NCBI GenBank assembly: GCA_963755915.1
Contig: CAVWLP010000002.1
Span: forward strand, 992,001 to 1,056,000
DNA length: 64,000 nt
Reading direction: 5' to 3'
Origin: an uncultured Phycisphaerales bacterium
Lineage (GTDB): Bacteria; Planctomycetota; Phycisphaerae; Tepidisphaerales; Tepidisphaeraceae
Both the position numbers and the translations under genes were made by a program. Shown here piece after piece: positions 39,846-51,900 of this stretch. Under the pieces are notes generated by a model. That model had not been told where the DNA came from. It made no database searches and saw only the letters and a list, made by a program, of their open reading frames with translations. Position 1 is the stretch's first letter. The number at the start of each line of letters is the position of its first letter.

Positions 39846-39867
39846 GCGAAGTGTTTAATATTCATAA

Positions 39868-40916
<1,049 letters not shown>

Positions 40917-40967
40917 GGGGGTCATCTCCGATCTCGAAACCCGCAATCATCGTTAACCATTCCCTCT

Positions 40968-40999
40968 CCCGTTTAGCCGCGACCCGCAGGGGAGCGCTT
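40968..40999 (+). repeat. REP family B, copy 2
   Basis: cccgtttagccgcgacccgcaggggagcgctt. Confidence 0.85.
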
Positions 41000-41086
41000 T
41001 CCCCTCCGAACCCGCCCCTTCCGCAAATATCCCACGAGGTTTTTATGGGTCGACGCCCCCGGCGAGGTGGCGTATGTTAAGGCTCC

Positions 41087-41894
41087 ATGTCGGTTTGTCG
41101 CCGAATTCCGATCTGCTTCTTAACCCTCCTCTTGGGCCTCGCCCCGATATCCCACGCCCAGGCCACCCGCTCCGACCCGCCCGACGAGGTAATGGCCCAG
41201 GTCACCCGCAAGGGCCCGCTGCTCCTGCATCTGCCCGGAATCGGCGGCCCACGATGGTGCGATGAGCACCTGATGTCCGGCCTCCGCTTCGGCGGCGTCT
41301 TCGCCAACCAGGTCATCTACGACTGGACCGAAAGCCAGCCCGGAATTCACGCCCTCCAGGCCTACGAGCAAAACCATGACGAGGCCGCAAAGGTCGCCGA
41401 GATGCTCGCCGCCCACGCCTCCGCCGATCCCGATTCAACGATTTACCTCACCGCCCACAGCGGCGGCTGCGCCATCGCCGTCTGGGCCCTGGAAAAATTG
41501 CCCGACAATGTAAAAGTCCACACGGTCCTGCTCCTTGCTCCCGCTCTTTCCCCCGATTACGACCTCACCCCCGCCCTGCGCCACGTCAGCGACAAAATGA
41601 TCGTCTTCACCAGCACGCTGGACACGGTCGTTCTTTTCACCGGCACGAAACTCTTCGGCACCATGGACGGCCAGCACGTCCCCGCCGCCGGCTTCAGCGG
41701 GTTTGTCCAGCCCCCGGGCACCGACTCCGCCGAATATCGCAAGCTGCACCAATATCCCTATCGATATTCGTGGGAACAGTTTGGCGATTACGGAGAACAC
41801 ATCGGCGCTGACAGCGCCGCTCTTCGCCCAGTGGGTCATCGCCCCGCTGATCCTCGACCGCAACACCCCCGCAACGCAGCCTGCGGGGAGGTAA
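41087..41894 (+). CDS. Secreted alpha/beta hydrolase, frameshift near 41810
   Basis: Signal peptide, LPGIGG, AHSGG nucleophile elbow, LLLAPALSPDYDL. C-terminus FAQWVIAPL...PATQPAGR* is in the second frame. Confidence 0.75.
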
Positions 41895-42166
41895 AGGCGA
41901 CCGCCTGCCGCGTCAGGGCAGAGGGGCGGTCGACGGGTTAACAATTCCCCACTTTTCCCCAAATTTCCCCAAAAATTCGCGAATGTTTGTACCCATTTAA
42001 AGCGAGACGCAGGAGAAGCTTTATGCCTCTATAAACAGGTCCAAAAGGTGTACGTTTAGTACCTATTTTCAAAAATCCGGGAATTTTTCAGGTGCGATTA
42101 ATGAGAATGCAAAGAATCTGACAGGGAGCCCCTCCGGAACTATGCACTTGATAAAACTGGCCACAA

Positions 42167-42421
42167 TTACTGGCGGGTCGGAGGCTTGCGATAGATGACA
42201 AAGACACCCAAGACGATTACGGCCACTGCCGAGCAAACTATGAGTTCCCCGAACACTGGCGGCGCGCCAATTTCTCCCAGTTTGGCGCCCACCATATCAA
42301 CAATGGTCCCAGTGATCCCGACAAGCAAAAAGACCATGAACGCCTTGTAGCTTCGCTCCCGCCTGTTGGTCCCTTTGGCTGATGGCTTGACGCGGTAGTC
42401 CAGTGTTGGTGGCTTGTCCAC
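42167..42421 (-). CDS. Small two-TM hypothetical protein
   Basis: PTLDYR N-terminus followed by two hydrophobic helices. Confidence 0.55.
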   Translation of the reverse strand: MDKPPTLDYRVKPSAKGTNRRERSYKAFMVFLLVGITGTIVDMVGAKLGEIGAPPVFGELIVCSAVAVIVLGVFVIYRKPPTRQ

Positions 42422-42737
42422 GGCTACGCCTTCTTTCGGCTCCGTTTCGCCTTGTCCGCTTCGGCCTCCAGCTGCTTTACGTCCGCTGGCTTGACGCGCT
42501 GCCGCGCAGGGCTTCGTACGGCGATAGGGGGGCGAGGGAGATTGGGCTGCCCTTCTTGCTGTTGGTGTTCCGATTGTGGGCCTGCTTTAACATGCCACCA
42601 TTGTAGCACGTTCCGCCCTCGGCGTTAAAATGCGGGCGTCGGGAAAGCCGTCTGATCCACGGCTTGACGGTTCGGCGCAACGCGGCTGTTCACCAGTGGC
42701 CGCGATGCCCGGACCCACCCGGCAGAACTGGTGAAGC

Positions 42738-43361
42738 ATGGTTGACGGGACTTCGCGCGACGAAGAATCTGAACGACTTTCCTCCGATTGGCAAAGGCAC
42801 ACTGGATGCATAAGTGCGCATCGGGCGGCTCACCACCGCTTTAGTATGATTCATTATCAGCTGTACAGACTTTCTTCAAAATGCCCAAACGATCCCCCGC
42901 GAATGCTTTGTTGGAGACTGCGATCAGCAAAACATGTGGTAAGGCTTCGCAAGAGAATATTCGAAACACAAGCGCAATTACGGTCTGCGATCAAAATGCG
43001 AATCGAGTTCATGGAATACCTGGGATTGGACCCCTGCTATCTCAAGCTCCTCTTTCAAATGCGCCCGATATCCCTCCACGGTTTTACATCAAGAATTCAG
43101 GAGCAAACCGGAATGGCGATTCTTTCCATATTTGAGTGCGAAGAATTTCTCAGCAATCGCGGCAAACAGAAACAAATCACGGAAAACCAATTTTCTGACA
43201 CTTCGTTAACCACATCTTCCGCCATTCGTGAGATGAAAGACGAGATGGCCAGCACCCAAATTCCATCATATGAGCGCGATGCTTTTCGCAGCTTTGTTGA
43301 AGCGGTCAAAGAAAATCCTCTCTGGCGCGGCGCCCTCTCCGCGAGGTCTACCGCTGGATAA
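42738..43361 (+). CDS. Hypothetical, possibly degenerate, low-GC ORF
   Basis: 207-aa open frame in the island, no motif recognised. Confidence 0.35.
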   Translation: MVDGTSRDEESERLSSDWQRHTGCISAHRAAHHRFSMIHYQLYRLSSKCPNDPPRMLCWRLRSAKHVVRLRKRIFETQAQLRSAIKMRIEFMEYLGLDPCYLKLLFQMRPISLHGFTSRIQEQTGMAILSIFECEEFLSNRGKQKQITENQFSDTSLTTSSAIREMKDEMASTQIPSYERDAFRSFVEAVKENPLWRGALSARSTAG

Positions 43362-43993
43362 TAGAAAATGGCGTAACAATTGACGGCGAGAAATATATTC
43401 CGCCTCGCGACTTTGGAACGTGGGCGAAATATCGACGCTCCGGACGCGTCACGCCAAATAACCACTACCCCAGCGGAAAAATATTAAACTTCCGCCCCCA
43501 TTTCCGCCTCCGGAAAAGTAGTTCCGCGCGGCTTTCCGCGCCGTTCCGCACTTCCCCACCCCCAAGAGTCCAAAGCGACGGCTCGGTTTGAAAAAACGCA
43601 GGCCCCCAATAAAAGCGGCTTGCGGATGTTGAAGCATCCCAAGCCCGGTAGAGCCGTCGAGGAGATTCTTGTGAAGTACCATTACCTCAACGGGCGCTAC
43701 GCCCGCAATTCTATCCGTGCGCCACCACAGCCGCCACTCCCGGAGGGGAGCCGTCGCGGCCGTGGCGATGGACGCCAGGTATTGCCCGTTCGAATCGGGT
43801 CGGCCGTATTGAATGATTTATTCGCCAGGAGGAGGCGGTAATGCGGGCGGTGAATTTGGGGACATGGGAGGAGGACGGGGCAGAGGATGTGCGATTGACG
43901 AGAATGCAAAGAATCTGACAAGCCTCCCTTCCACTGGACGCGGCAGGGTCGGTCGGCTACCCTCGCGTTGCCAAAGCAAAGGAGTAGACGAAC

Positions 43994-44068
43994 ATGGCCA
44001 AGCCTCGGCGCCGACGGAAGATCGGCAGCAAGAAGCGCAAGGCGCGTCGCGATCGCCGCAAGCGATAA
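43994..44068 (+). CDS. 24-aa highly basic peptide MAKPRRRRKIGSKKRKARRDRRKR
   Basis: AAAGGAG at 43978-43984, 9 nt before the ATG, TAA stop. Below the ORF-track size cutoff. Confidence 0.7.
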   Translation: MAKPRRRRKIGSKKRKARRDRRKR

Positions 44069-44142
44069 CGACGTCGACGGATCGCGAATCGCCCGTATAG
44101 TCCCGGCTGGCTTCATTGTCCGGTCCAGACGCTCCATTGTTT

Positions 44143-46266
44143 ATGCATCGCAGTTCAACCGGACAAATTCCACCAGCATCCGGCCCATCGTCGCCTCCGA
44201 CCACCCCAGCCCCGACCACCCCCGCCGAAAAATATTTCAACCGCGAGTCGAGCTGGCTCAATTTCAACCGCCGGGTTCTGGAACTGGCGGAAGACCCCGA
44301 AGTCCCCCTCCTCGAACGCGCCCGATTCCTGGCCATCTTTTCCTCCAACCTCGACGAGTTCTTCATGAAGCGGGTAGGGGGGCTCCAGCGGCAGCAGCAT
44401 GCCGGCGTCACCGAGCGCTCCATGGACGGCCTCACCGCCGTTCAGCAGCTCGAGCTCATCCGCACCCAGCTTCTCCCCATGCTCGAAGAACAGGTCGCCT
44501 GCTGGCTCGACGAGGTGAAACCCGCCCTTGAGCAGCAGGGGATCGTCATCCACGATTATGAATCCCTCACCAAGCTCGACCGCGCCGAGGCCGACCACTT
44601 CTTCAGCCGAAACGTCTTCCCCATTCTCACCCCCCTCGCCGTCGATTCCGCCCATCCCTTCCCTTTCATCTCCAATCTAAGCAATTCCATCGGCGTAATC
44701 CTCGAGCATCCGACCCGCAAGGAAAAATCGTTCGTCCGCATCAAGGTCCCCGAAAATCTCCAGCGCTGGGTTCCCGTCACCGCCGAAAATCACTTTGTCC
44801 CTCTCGAACAGGTGATCGGCGGCAACCTTTCGCTCCTCTTCCCCGGCATGAACGTGCTGGAACATTCCCTCTTCCGCGTTACCCGCAACGCCGACATCGA
44901 AATGGACGCCGAAGACGCCGACGATCTGCTCATCCTCGTCGAGCAAGAACTTCGCGCCCGCCGAATGGCCCGCGCCGTCCGCCTTGAGCTGGCGCAGTCC
45001 ATGTCCCCCGCCTTGCTCCAGTACATCACGCATGGCGTCGACGTCGATCCCCAGGACATTTACCCCACGCGCGGCCCCGTCGATCTCTCCGACCTCGCCG
45101 CCCTCGCCAACCTCGATTTCCCGGAACTGAAATATAAACCCTGGCACCCCATCCGCCCCCCGCGGCTCGAAAGCGAAGACGCCGATATTTTCCACGTCAT
45201 CTCCGAAGGCGACATGCTCGTCCACCATCCCTACGAGGGTTTCGCCGACAGCGTCGAAAAATTCATCGCCATGGCGGTCATGGATCCCAAGGTGCTGGCG
45301 ATCAAGATGACCCTCTATCGCACCGCCGCGGATTCGCCGTTCCTTCTCTCCCTCATCCACGCGGCGGAGTCGGGAAAACAGGTCGCCGTGCTGATCGAAT
45401 TGAAAGCCCGCTTCGACGAGCGGCGAAACGTGCAGCTTGCCACCACCCTCGAAAACGCTGGCGTTCACGTCGTCTACGGCCTGATCGGCCTCAAGACGCA
45501 TTGCAAGATCGCCATGGTCGTCCGCGACGAGCCCGAAGGGTTACGCACCTACTGCCACATCGGCACCGGCAACTATAACTCCCGCACCGCCCAGCTCTAC
45601 ACCGACCTGAGCCTGTTCACCTGCAACACCCAAATCACCGACGACGTGATCGACCTCTTCCACTATCTCACCGGCCGCTCGCTGAAACGCGACTACCGCA
45701 AGCTGCTCGTCGCCCCCGTCATCATGCGCGAGCGTTTCATCCTCAAGATCAACCGCGAGATCGAGCACGCCCGCGGCGGCAAAGAGGCCCGCATCGTCGC
45801 CAAAATGAACGCCCTCCAGGACCCCGAAATCATCGAGGCCCTCTACGCCGCCTCCCAGGCCGGTGTAAAAATCGAGCTCTTCGTCCGCGGCTTCTGCTGC
45901 CTCCGCCCCGGGGTCGAAGGGATGTCCTCCAACATTTCCATCTGCGGAAACCTCGGCGTTTTCCTCGAACACTCCCGAATCTATTATTTCCTTAACGGCG
46001 GCGCCGAAGAATTCTACATCGGTTCCGCCGACTGGATGCACCGCAACCTCGACTGGCGCGTGGAAGCCATCACCCCCGTCGAATCCCCGCCGCTGCGCGA
46101 ACGCCTCCGCGAAATTCTCGACGCCATGCGCACCAGCAAGACCCACTCCTGGAAGCTGGGCGCCGATGGCGCCTGGCGCCCGCGCTGCCCCCCCGACGCC
46201 GCCGAAAAATGCGAAGACGTCCAGGCCGTCCTCATGCGGCGAACCCTGAAAAAACTCCGACCCTGA
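44143..46266 (+). CDS. ppk1: Polyphosphate kinase 1
   Basis: YFNRESSWLNFNRRVL, SSNLDEFF, HHPY, KARFDE, KTHCK, GTGNYN, FLEHSR, GSADWM. Confidence 0.97.
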   Translation: MHRSSTGQIPPASGPSSPPTTPAPTTPAEKYFNRESSWLNFNRRVLELAEDPEVPLLERARFLAIFSSNLDEFFMKRVGGLQRQQHAGVTERSMDGLTAVQQLELIRTQLLPMLEEQVACWLDEVKPALEQQGIVIHDYESLTKLDRAEADHFFSRNVFPILTPLAVDSAHPFPFISNLSNSIGVILEHPTRKEKSFVRIKVPENLQRWVPVTAENHFVPLEQVIGGNLSLLFPGMNVLEHSLFRVTRNADIEMDAEDADDLLILVEQELRARRMARAVRLELAQSMSPALLQYITHGVDVDPQDIYPTRGPVDLSDLAALANLDFPELKYKPWHPIRPPRLESEDADIFHVISEGDMLVHHPYEGFADSVEKFIAMAVMDPKVLAIKMTLYRTAADSPFLLSLIHAAESGKQVAVLIELKARFDERRNVQLATTLENAGVHVVYGLIGLKTHCKIAMVVRDEPEGLRTYCHIGTGNYNSRTAQLYTDLSLFTCNTQITDDVIDLFHYLTGRSLKRDYRKLLVAPVIMRERFILKINREIEHARGGKEARIVAKMNALQDPEIIEALYAASQAGVKIELFVRGFCCLRPGVEGMSSNISICGNLGVFLEHSRIYYFLNGGAEEFYIGSADWMHRNLDWRVEAITPVESPPLRERLREILDAMRTSKTHSWKLGADGAWRPRCPPDAAEKCEDVQAVLMRRTLKKLRP

Positions 46267-46349
46267 CGCGAGATTTCCCCCGGCTCGGTCCATTTCATTC
46301 GGCATTTGTCCTTCGGCATTCCCCATTTTCTGCTAACATTCCCCCCGCA

Positions 46350-47318
46350 ATGTCCAAGCGTGACCACGACTTCCCGTTGCTCAAATACACCGACTCCCTC
46401 GTCGAGAATCTCCGCGAGCTGATCCCCTCCGCGGTAGGGGGGCAGGACGAGGATGACGTCCACGATGCCCGCGTCATCACCCGCCGCCTCAAAGCCCTCA
46501 GCACCCTCGTCCAGCCGGTCGTCTCCAACAAATCGCGCCGCCCCTTCAATCGCGTCGGAAAATGCCTGCGCCGCCAGCTTGGCCCCCTGCGCGACATCGA
46601 CGTGATGCTCGAACACCTCGAAGAATTCAAGCACCCGAAATTACAACCCGCCATCCAATGGCTCCGCGATCGCCTCGGCGAGCTTCGCCGCCAGGCCATC
46701 GACTCCGCCGGCGAAAAAGCTCCGCCGGCGCGAATGCTCGGACGCCTCGGCGCCTGGTGGGGAATGCGCCACGAAATCGAGCAGGCCCGCGATTCCATCG
46801 AGCAACTTCTGGCCCAGTCCGTCCATTTGCAGCTCGACGCCTTCATCGAACAAGCCCAGGACCTCGCCGGGGAGAGACGAAACGACCCCCACCAGCTTCG
46901 CATCGCCGGCAAATCGCTCCGCTACACCCTGGAAATGGCCCGCGAGCAGGGAAACAAATTACCCGCCGCCGTCCTCTCCCTCTTCAAACGGATGCAAACC
47001 GCCCTGGGCCTCTGGCACGATTACGTGGTCTTGGCCGAGCGCATCATGCGCGAATCCGTCGAATGCGACCTCGCCCTGCACGATATGAAATTGCAATCGG
47101 ATCTTTTGCAGGCGGTCCAGATCTGTTTCCGCCGCTCCGAGGCCCAGCTAAAAAAAATGGCCGCCCTCTGGAAAACCCGCGGCGACTCGCTGACGGAAAC
47201 GATTCGCCAATCCTTCCCCCTGACACCGCACCCGCCCGAAGCCCCCGAATCACCCGATCCCGCGCCCCCCGAGGCCCCACCCATTGAAATCGAGCACAAC
47301 CCGGCGATTTCCGCCTAA
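46350..47318 (+). CDS. CHAD-domain (polyphosphate-binding) protein
   Basis: VHDARVITRRL, LGPLRDIDV, HQLRIAGKSLRYTLE, QTALGLWHD. Confidence 0.9.
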   Translation: MSKRDHDFPLLKYTDSLVENLRELIPSAVGGQDEDDVHDARVITRRLKALSTLVQPVVSNKSRRPFNRVGKCLRRQLGPLRDIDVMLEHLEEFKHPKLQPAIQWLRDRLGELRRQAIDSAGEKAPPARMLGRLGAWWGMRHEIEQARDSIEQLLAQSVHLQLDAFIEQAQDLAGERRNDPHQLRIAGKSLRYTLEMAREQGNKLPAAVLSLFKRMQTALGLWHDYVVLAERIMRESVECDLALHDMKLQSDLLQAVQICFRRSEAQLKKMAALWKTRGDSLTETIRQSFPLTPHPPEAPESPDPAPPEAPPIEIEHNPAISA

Positions 47319-47333
47319 ATCGCGCATCGGTTC

Positions 47334-47363
47334 CCCGTTTAGCCGCGACCCGAAGGGGAGCGC
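47334..47363 (+). repeat. REP family B, copy 3
   Basis: cccgtttagccgcgacccgaaggggagcgc. Confidence 0.85.
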
Positions 47364-47384
47364 GTTTTCTCTTTTACATTGCAT

Positions 47385-47424
47385 AAAAAAAGAACGCAGC
47401 CAGTGTCACTAACTCTGGCTGCGT
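47385..47424 (-). terminator. Intrinsic terminator of the LysM gene
   Basis: 10-bp stem acgcagccag/ctggctgcgt followed on the minus strand by a T run. Confidence 0.75.
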
Positions 47425-47446
47425 CCCGTCTTGCGTAGTGGCTTGC

Positions 47447-47818
47447 TTACGGCAGGGTGATCGTCTGCCCCACGCGCAGTTCGCTGGGAGTCAGACCAGG
47501 ATTCGCGTCCGCGATCTCACGCCACTTCTTCCCATCCCCATAGTGCTGGCTGGCGATCTTCCAAAGCGTGTCGCCCCGCTTAATCGTATAACTCCCGTTC
47601 GCCCCCGATGCCGACGCCATTTCCGTCGGCGCCGGCGAAGCCAGAGCCGGATCAGGCGTGCTCGTCTGCACCGGTGCGGGCGCGGAATACGCCACCGGCG
47701 TCGGCTGGGCACTCACATCCAGCGTCCCGGAGTCGGTCATAGGCTTGGAACCCTGCTGCTCCTGGCACCCGGCAGCAATCAAAAGCGCAACGGCAATGGC
47801 GGGAATCGCAAATTTCAC
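47447..47818 (-). CDS. LysM-domain lipoprotein
   Basis: Lipobox AAGC, YTIKRGDTLWKIASQHYG...IADANP..LRVGQTITLP. Confidence 0.92.
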   Translation of the reverse strand: MKFAIPAIAVALLIAAGCQEQQGSKPMTDSGTLDVSAQPTPVAYSAPAPVQTSTPDPALASPAPTEMASASGANGSYTIKRGDTLWKIASQHYGDGKKWREIADANPGLTPSELRVGQTITLP

Positions 47819-47954
47819 GACTTGCTCCTTATCTATCAGGACTTTATGCGAAAGGCCGTCCTGACCTTTCTTCTCTTCTCTTTTATCGGACCGATGAAGC
47901 AGCCCCCTTGAATTGTTGCGTTGCTCCCATCATTCCGGGCCTTATCATCACAGG

Positions 47955-48920
47955 ATGGCCCTGCGCTACTTGATCCTCGCGATCGTGATGATTGGCGTCG
48001 GCCTCGCCGCCGCCGCGGGAATGACCGTCATCCTCGCCTTCATGCTCCTACGTCCCAAGCGCATGACTGACGGCCGCGCCCTCGCCGCCCTCCGCCGACT
48101 TTCCCCGCGCGACCTCGGAATGGAATTTGAAACCGTTTCCTATCAGGTCATCGACGAATCCACCGGCGGGAAAATCAAAATCGCCGGCTGGTGGATTCCC
48201 ACGCCCGAATCGCGCGGGAAATCCGCCATCATCCTCCACGGATATTCCGACGCGAAAGTAGGGGGGATCGCCTGGGCGCCGATGCTCCGCTCGCTGGGCT
48301 TCAACATTCTCGCCCTCGATCTTCGCGCCCACGGAGAAAGCGGCGGCTCCTTCACCACCGCCGGATTCTGGGAACGCCACGACATCAGCCAGGTCATCGA
48401 CCAAACCAAATCCGAGCGCCCGCGCAATTTCGAGCAGGTGATTCTTTTCGGCGTCAGCATCGGCGCCGCCGTCGCCGCCGCCACCGCCGCCATCCGCACC
48501 GATCTCGCCGCCGTCATCCTCGAAAGCCCCTTCTCCGATTTTCAACACGCCGCCACGCGCCACGGAACCAACCTCGGCACCCCCGGACCCATGTTCCAGG
48601 ACCCCGCCTATCGTCTGGCCCAATGGATCGCCAAGGCCGATTTCAACGCCGTCCGCCCCGTAGACATCATTCCCAAAATCCCCTCCCCCGTCCTCCTCAT
48701 CCAATCCGGCGACGACCCCTTCGTCTCCCCCGAAGATCAGGCCGAGCTCAGGCGTGCCATCGCAACCTCCAAATCCAGGCCCCCAGGCCCCATCTGCTGG
48801 GACCTCCCCGGCGTCCACCACGTCTTCGGTTTGCAGCTCCTTCCCATCGAATATTCCCGCCAAATACAGGATTTCCTTTCCAGGGCCTTGCATTCAGCCG
48901 TGCACATATGCGAAAAGTAA
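47955..48920 (+). CDS. Membrane-anchored alpha/beta hydrolase
   Basis: N-terminal TM, ILHGY, DLRAHGESGG, FGVSIG, ESPF. Confidence 0.88.
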   Translation: MALRYLILAIVMIGVGLAAAAGMTVILAFMLLRPKRMTDGRALAALRRLSPRDLGMEFETVSYQVIDESTGGKIKIAGWWIPTPESRGKSAIILHGYSDAKVGGIAWAPMLRSLGFNILALDLRAHGESGGSFTTAGFWERHDISQVIDQTKSERPRNFEQVILFGVSIGAAVAAATAAIRTDLAAVILESPFSDFQHAATRHGTNLGTPGPMFQDPAYRLAQWIAKADFNAVRPVDIIPKIPSPVLLIQSGDDPFVSPEDQAELRRAIATSKSRPPGPICWDLPGVHHVFGLQLLPIEYSRQIQDFLSRALHSAVHICEK

Positions 48921-48936
48921 GATTTTCGGAGCAGCT

Positions 48937-51900
48937 TTGTTGAGGGCACTTCAGGCAATTCAAGCGGATTTCTCCCGCACCACCCGCCTCAAGGGCGAGG
49001 ACTATTTCCGCCGTGGCGCCGTCCGGATCCTCGAAAACGATTCCGGCCGCGTCGTCGCCCAGGTTCAGGGCGGCGACCTTTACGATGTCAACATCGGCTG
49101 GAACGGCAGCGAATACTCCTACTTCTGCACCTGCCCCCACTACTCAGACAACGGCGCCCTCTGCAAGCACATCTGGGCCACGCTCGTCGCTGCCGATGCG
49201 CGGAAAATTCTGCCCGGCGCAGACGAAATGCCCCGCCTCCGCGAATCCACTGATGAAACCGAAGACGATTGGGAAGACGACGAAGAAGATTTCGAGCCCG
49301 AAATCCGCTCGATGAATTTCGGCAACCGCAAGGTCGATTTCATTCACTACCGCGAAAAGCCCAAGCCCCCGCAGAATAAACCCAAATCCCACGCCGTCTG
49401 GCGCCGCCGCCTCTCCGAATTGCGAACCGACTGGAGTTGGGAAAACGATTCTCCCCAAAACCCCTGGCCGCCCGGCAAGCAGATCATCTACGCCCTCTCC
49501 CCCGACACCGACGGCGAAAGCCGCGAAATCTCCATCGAGCTCTTTACCCGACCCTCGGAAAAGTCGAAGGGCCTCAAGCAGCTCCGCTTGCCGATGGCGC
49601 AGATCAACTCCCTGCCCGATCCCGTCGATCGCCAGCTCATCGGCATGCTCGTGGGAATCGCCGATCAGCAATTTAACGCTCCTTATGGTGTCTCGGTTCC
49701 CCACGCGCTGAAGTTCCGCAACGCCCGCGATTCGGTGGCGCTGCTTCGATCGATGTGCCAGACCGGCCGCTGCGTCCTCATGACCGGAAACGCCGACGAG
49801 CATATCCCCCTCCAATGGGAAGAAGGCGAACCCTGGCGGATGGAGCTGGCAATCGCCCCCGATGCCAGCGGCAAATCCTACAAGCTCAAGGGCGTGCTAA
49901 AGCGCGGCGACCAAAAAATCGACGTCACCCAGCCCCAGTGGATCGCCCGCGGCGGCCTTGTCGCCATCGACGGAAAGATCGCCGAACTCGTCGACGACGG
50001 CGCCTTCCAATTCGCCCGCCTCCTGCGCCACGAGCAGAACCTCGAAATCCCCGTCGAGCAGGGCGACCAGCTCCTCGAAGAATTGCTCGATTTCCCCCGC
50101 GTTCCATCGCTCGAGCTACCGGAGTCGATGCAGATTTCACAGGCCCGAACGCCGCCGCGCCCGCGCCTGACCGTCTCCCACCCCAAACAGCGCGACCAGG
50201 GAGCCGAGGATCGCCTCGTCTGCAAGCTCACCTTCGATTACCAGAACGCCCCCATCGAGCACGGCGACAAGCGCACCGCCGTCTTCGATTCCGCCCAGCG
50301 AAAAATCGTCCATCGCGATCTCCACGCCGAGCACCAGGCCCTGGCCCTTCTCAACGAACTCGGCCTGCGCCCCAATCGCAATTGGGACTCCGATCCCACC
50401 GAGTTCACCGTCGTTCCCCGCCGGCTCCCTGCCGCCGTCCAGGCACTCACCGCCCGCCAATGGCACGTCGAAGTCAGCGGAAAAATCTATCGCCAGCCCG
50501 GAAAAATCCAGGTCCGCGTCTCCTCCGGCATCGACTGGTTCGAACTCGACGGCGAAGCCGACTTCGAAGGCGTCGACATCAAAATCCCCAAGCTCCTCCA
50601 GGCCATCCGAAAAGGGGAAACAACCGTCGTCCTCGACGACGGCACCGTGGGCATCCTCCCCGAAGACTGGCTCAAGCGCTACGGCCTTCTCGCCGCGGTA
50701 GGGGAGGTCAAGGACGAAGCGATCCAGTTCGGCAAAAACCAGGTCGGCCTCCTCGACGCCTTGCTCGCGGAAGTACCCCTGGCCAGCGTCGACGAAGCCT
50801 TCGCCAAGGCCCGCGATCAGCTTCGAAAATTTGACGGCGTCCGCGCCGTCGACCCCGTCGAATCCTTCACCGGCACCCTCCGCCCCTATCAATGCGAAGG
50901 CCTCGGCTGGCTCGGCTTTCTTCGCACCTTCGGCCTCAACGGCTGTCTCGCCGACGACATGGGCCTCGGCAAAACCGTCCAGGTCCTCGCCCTACTCGAA
51001 GAGCGCCGCACCCTTCGCGCCCGCTCCGGCGTTAACGGAAATTCCAAAATCGGCCCCTCCCTCGTCGTCGTCCCGCGCTCCCTCGTCTTCAACTGGCAGC
51101 AGGAGGCCGCCAAATTCACGCCCCAGTTGCGCGTCCTCAATCACGCCACCATCGATCGCCTCAAAACCCCCGACCACTTCCACGAATACGACCTGGTTCT
51201 CACCACCTACGGCACCCTCCGCAACGACGTCGCCGATTGGCGCGATATCCGCTTCGATTACGTCATCCTCGACGAAGCCCAGGCGATCAAAAACGCCGCC
51301 AGCGAATCCGCCAAGGCCGCCCGCCTTCTCCGCGCCGATTATCGCCTCGCCCTCTCCGGCACCCCCGTCCAAAACCACCTCGGCGAACTTTGGAGCCTCC
51401 TCGAATTCCTGAATCCCGGAATGCTCGGCGCCTCCCGTGCCTTTTCCTCGATGGTCGTCGGCGCCGATCGCGCCGCCAGCGCCGAAACACGTCAGTTCCT
51501 CGCCAGCGCCCTCCGCCCCTTCATCCTCCGCCGCACCAAGGAGCAGGTCGCCCGCGATCTCCCCGAAAAGTTCGAGCAGACAATTTTCTGCGAGCTCGAC
51601 AAGCCACAGCGCACCCTTTACGACGAGCTCAAGGAGCATTACCGCCAATCGCTGCTGACCAAAATCGAGCAGGAGGGTCTTGGCAAATCGAAATTGCAGG
51701 TCCTCGAAGCCCTTCTCCGTCTGCGCCAGGCCGCCTGCCATCCCGGCCTCCTCAGCAAAACCCGCCTCGACGACGCCAGCGCCAAGCTCGACACCCTCCT
51801 CCCGCGTCTCGCGGAAGTCGCCGAGGAGGGCCACAAGTCAATCGTCTTCTCCCAATTCACCAGCTTCCTCGCCATCGTCCGCAAAAAGCTCGACGAGCAG

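Larger units (their letters stand above)
42092..43920. mobile_element. ~1.8 kb lower-GC island bounded by a 32-bp imperfect direct repeat
   Basis: gtgcgattaatgagaatgcaaagaatctgaca (42092-42123) and gtgcgattgacgagaatgcaaagaatctgaca (43889-43920), 30/32 identical. Confidence 0.55.

Noticed and set aside
41943-41976. Degenerate ttcccca repeats (similar short arrays at 6590-6650 and 16743-16769)
   Set aside because: Low-complexity and too short to assign a function.
43626-43918. Possible gene remnant ending VRLTRMQRI*
   Set aside because: Interrupted by a stop and frame change, with no recognisable family.
44143-47318. ppk1-CHAD pairing as a novel system
   Set aside because: CHAD proteins are known polyphosphate binders commonly encoded next to ppk genes.
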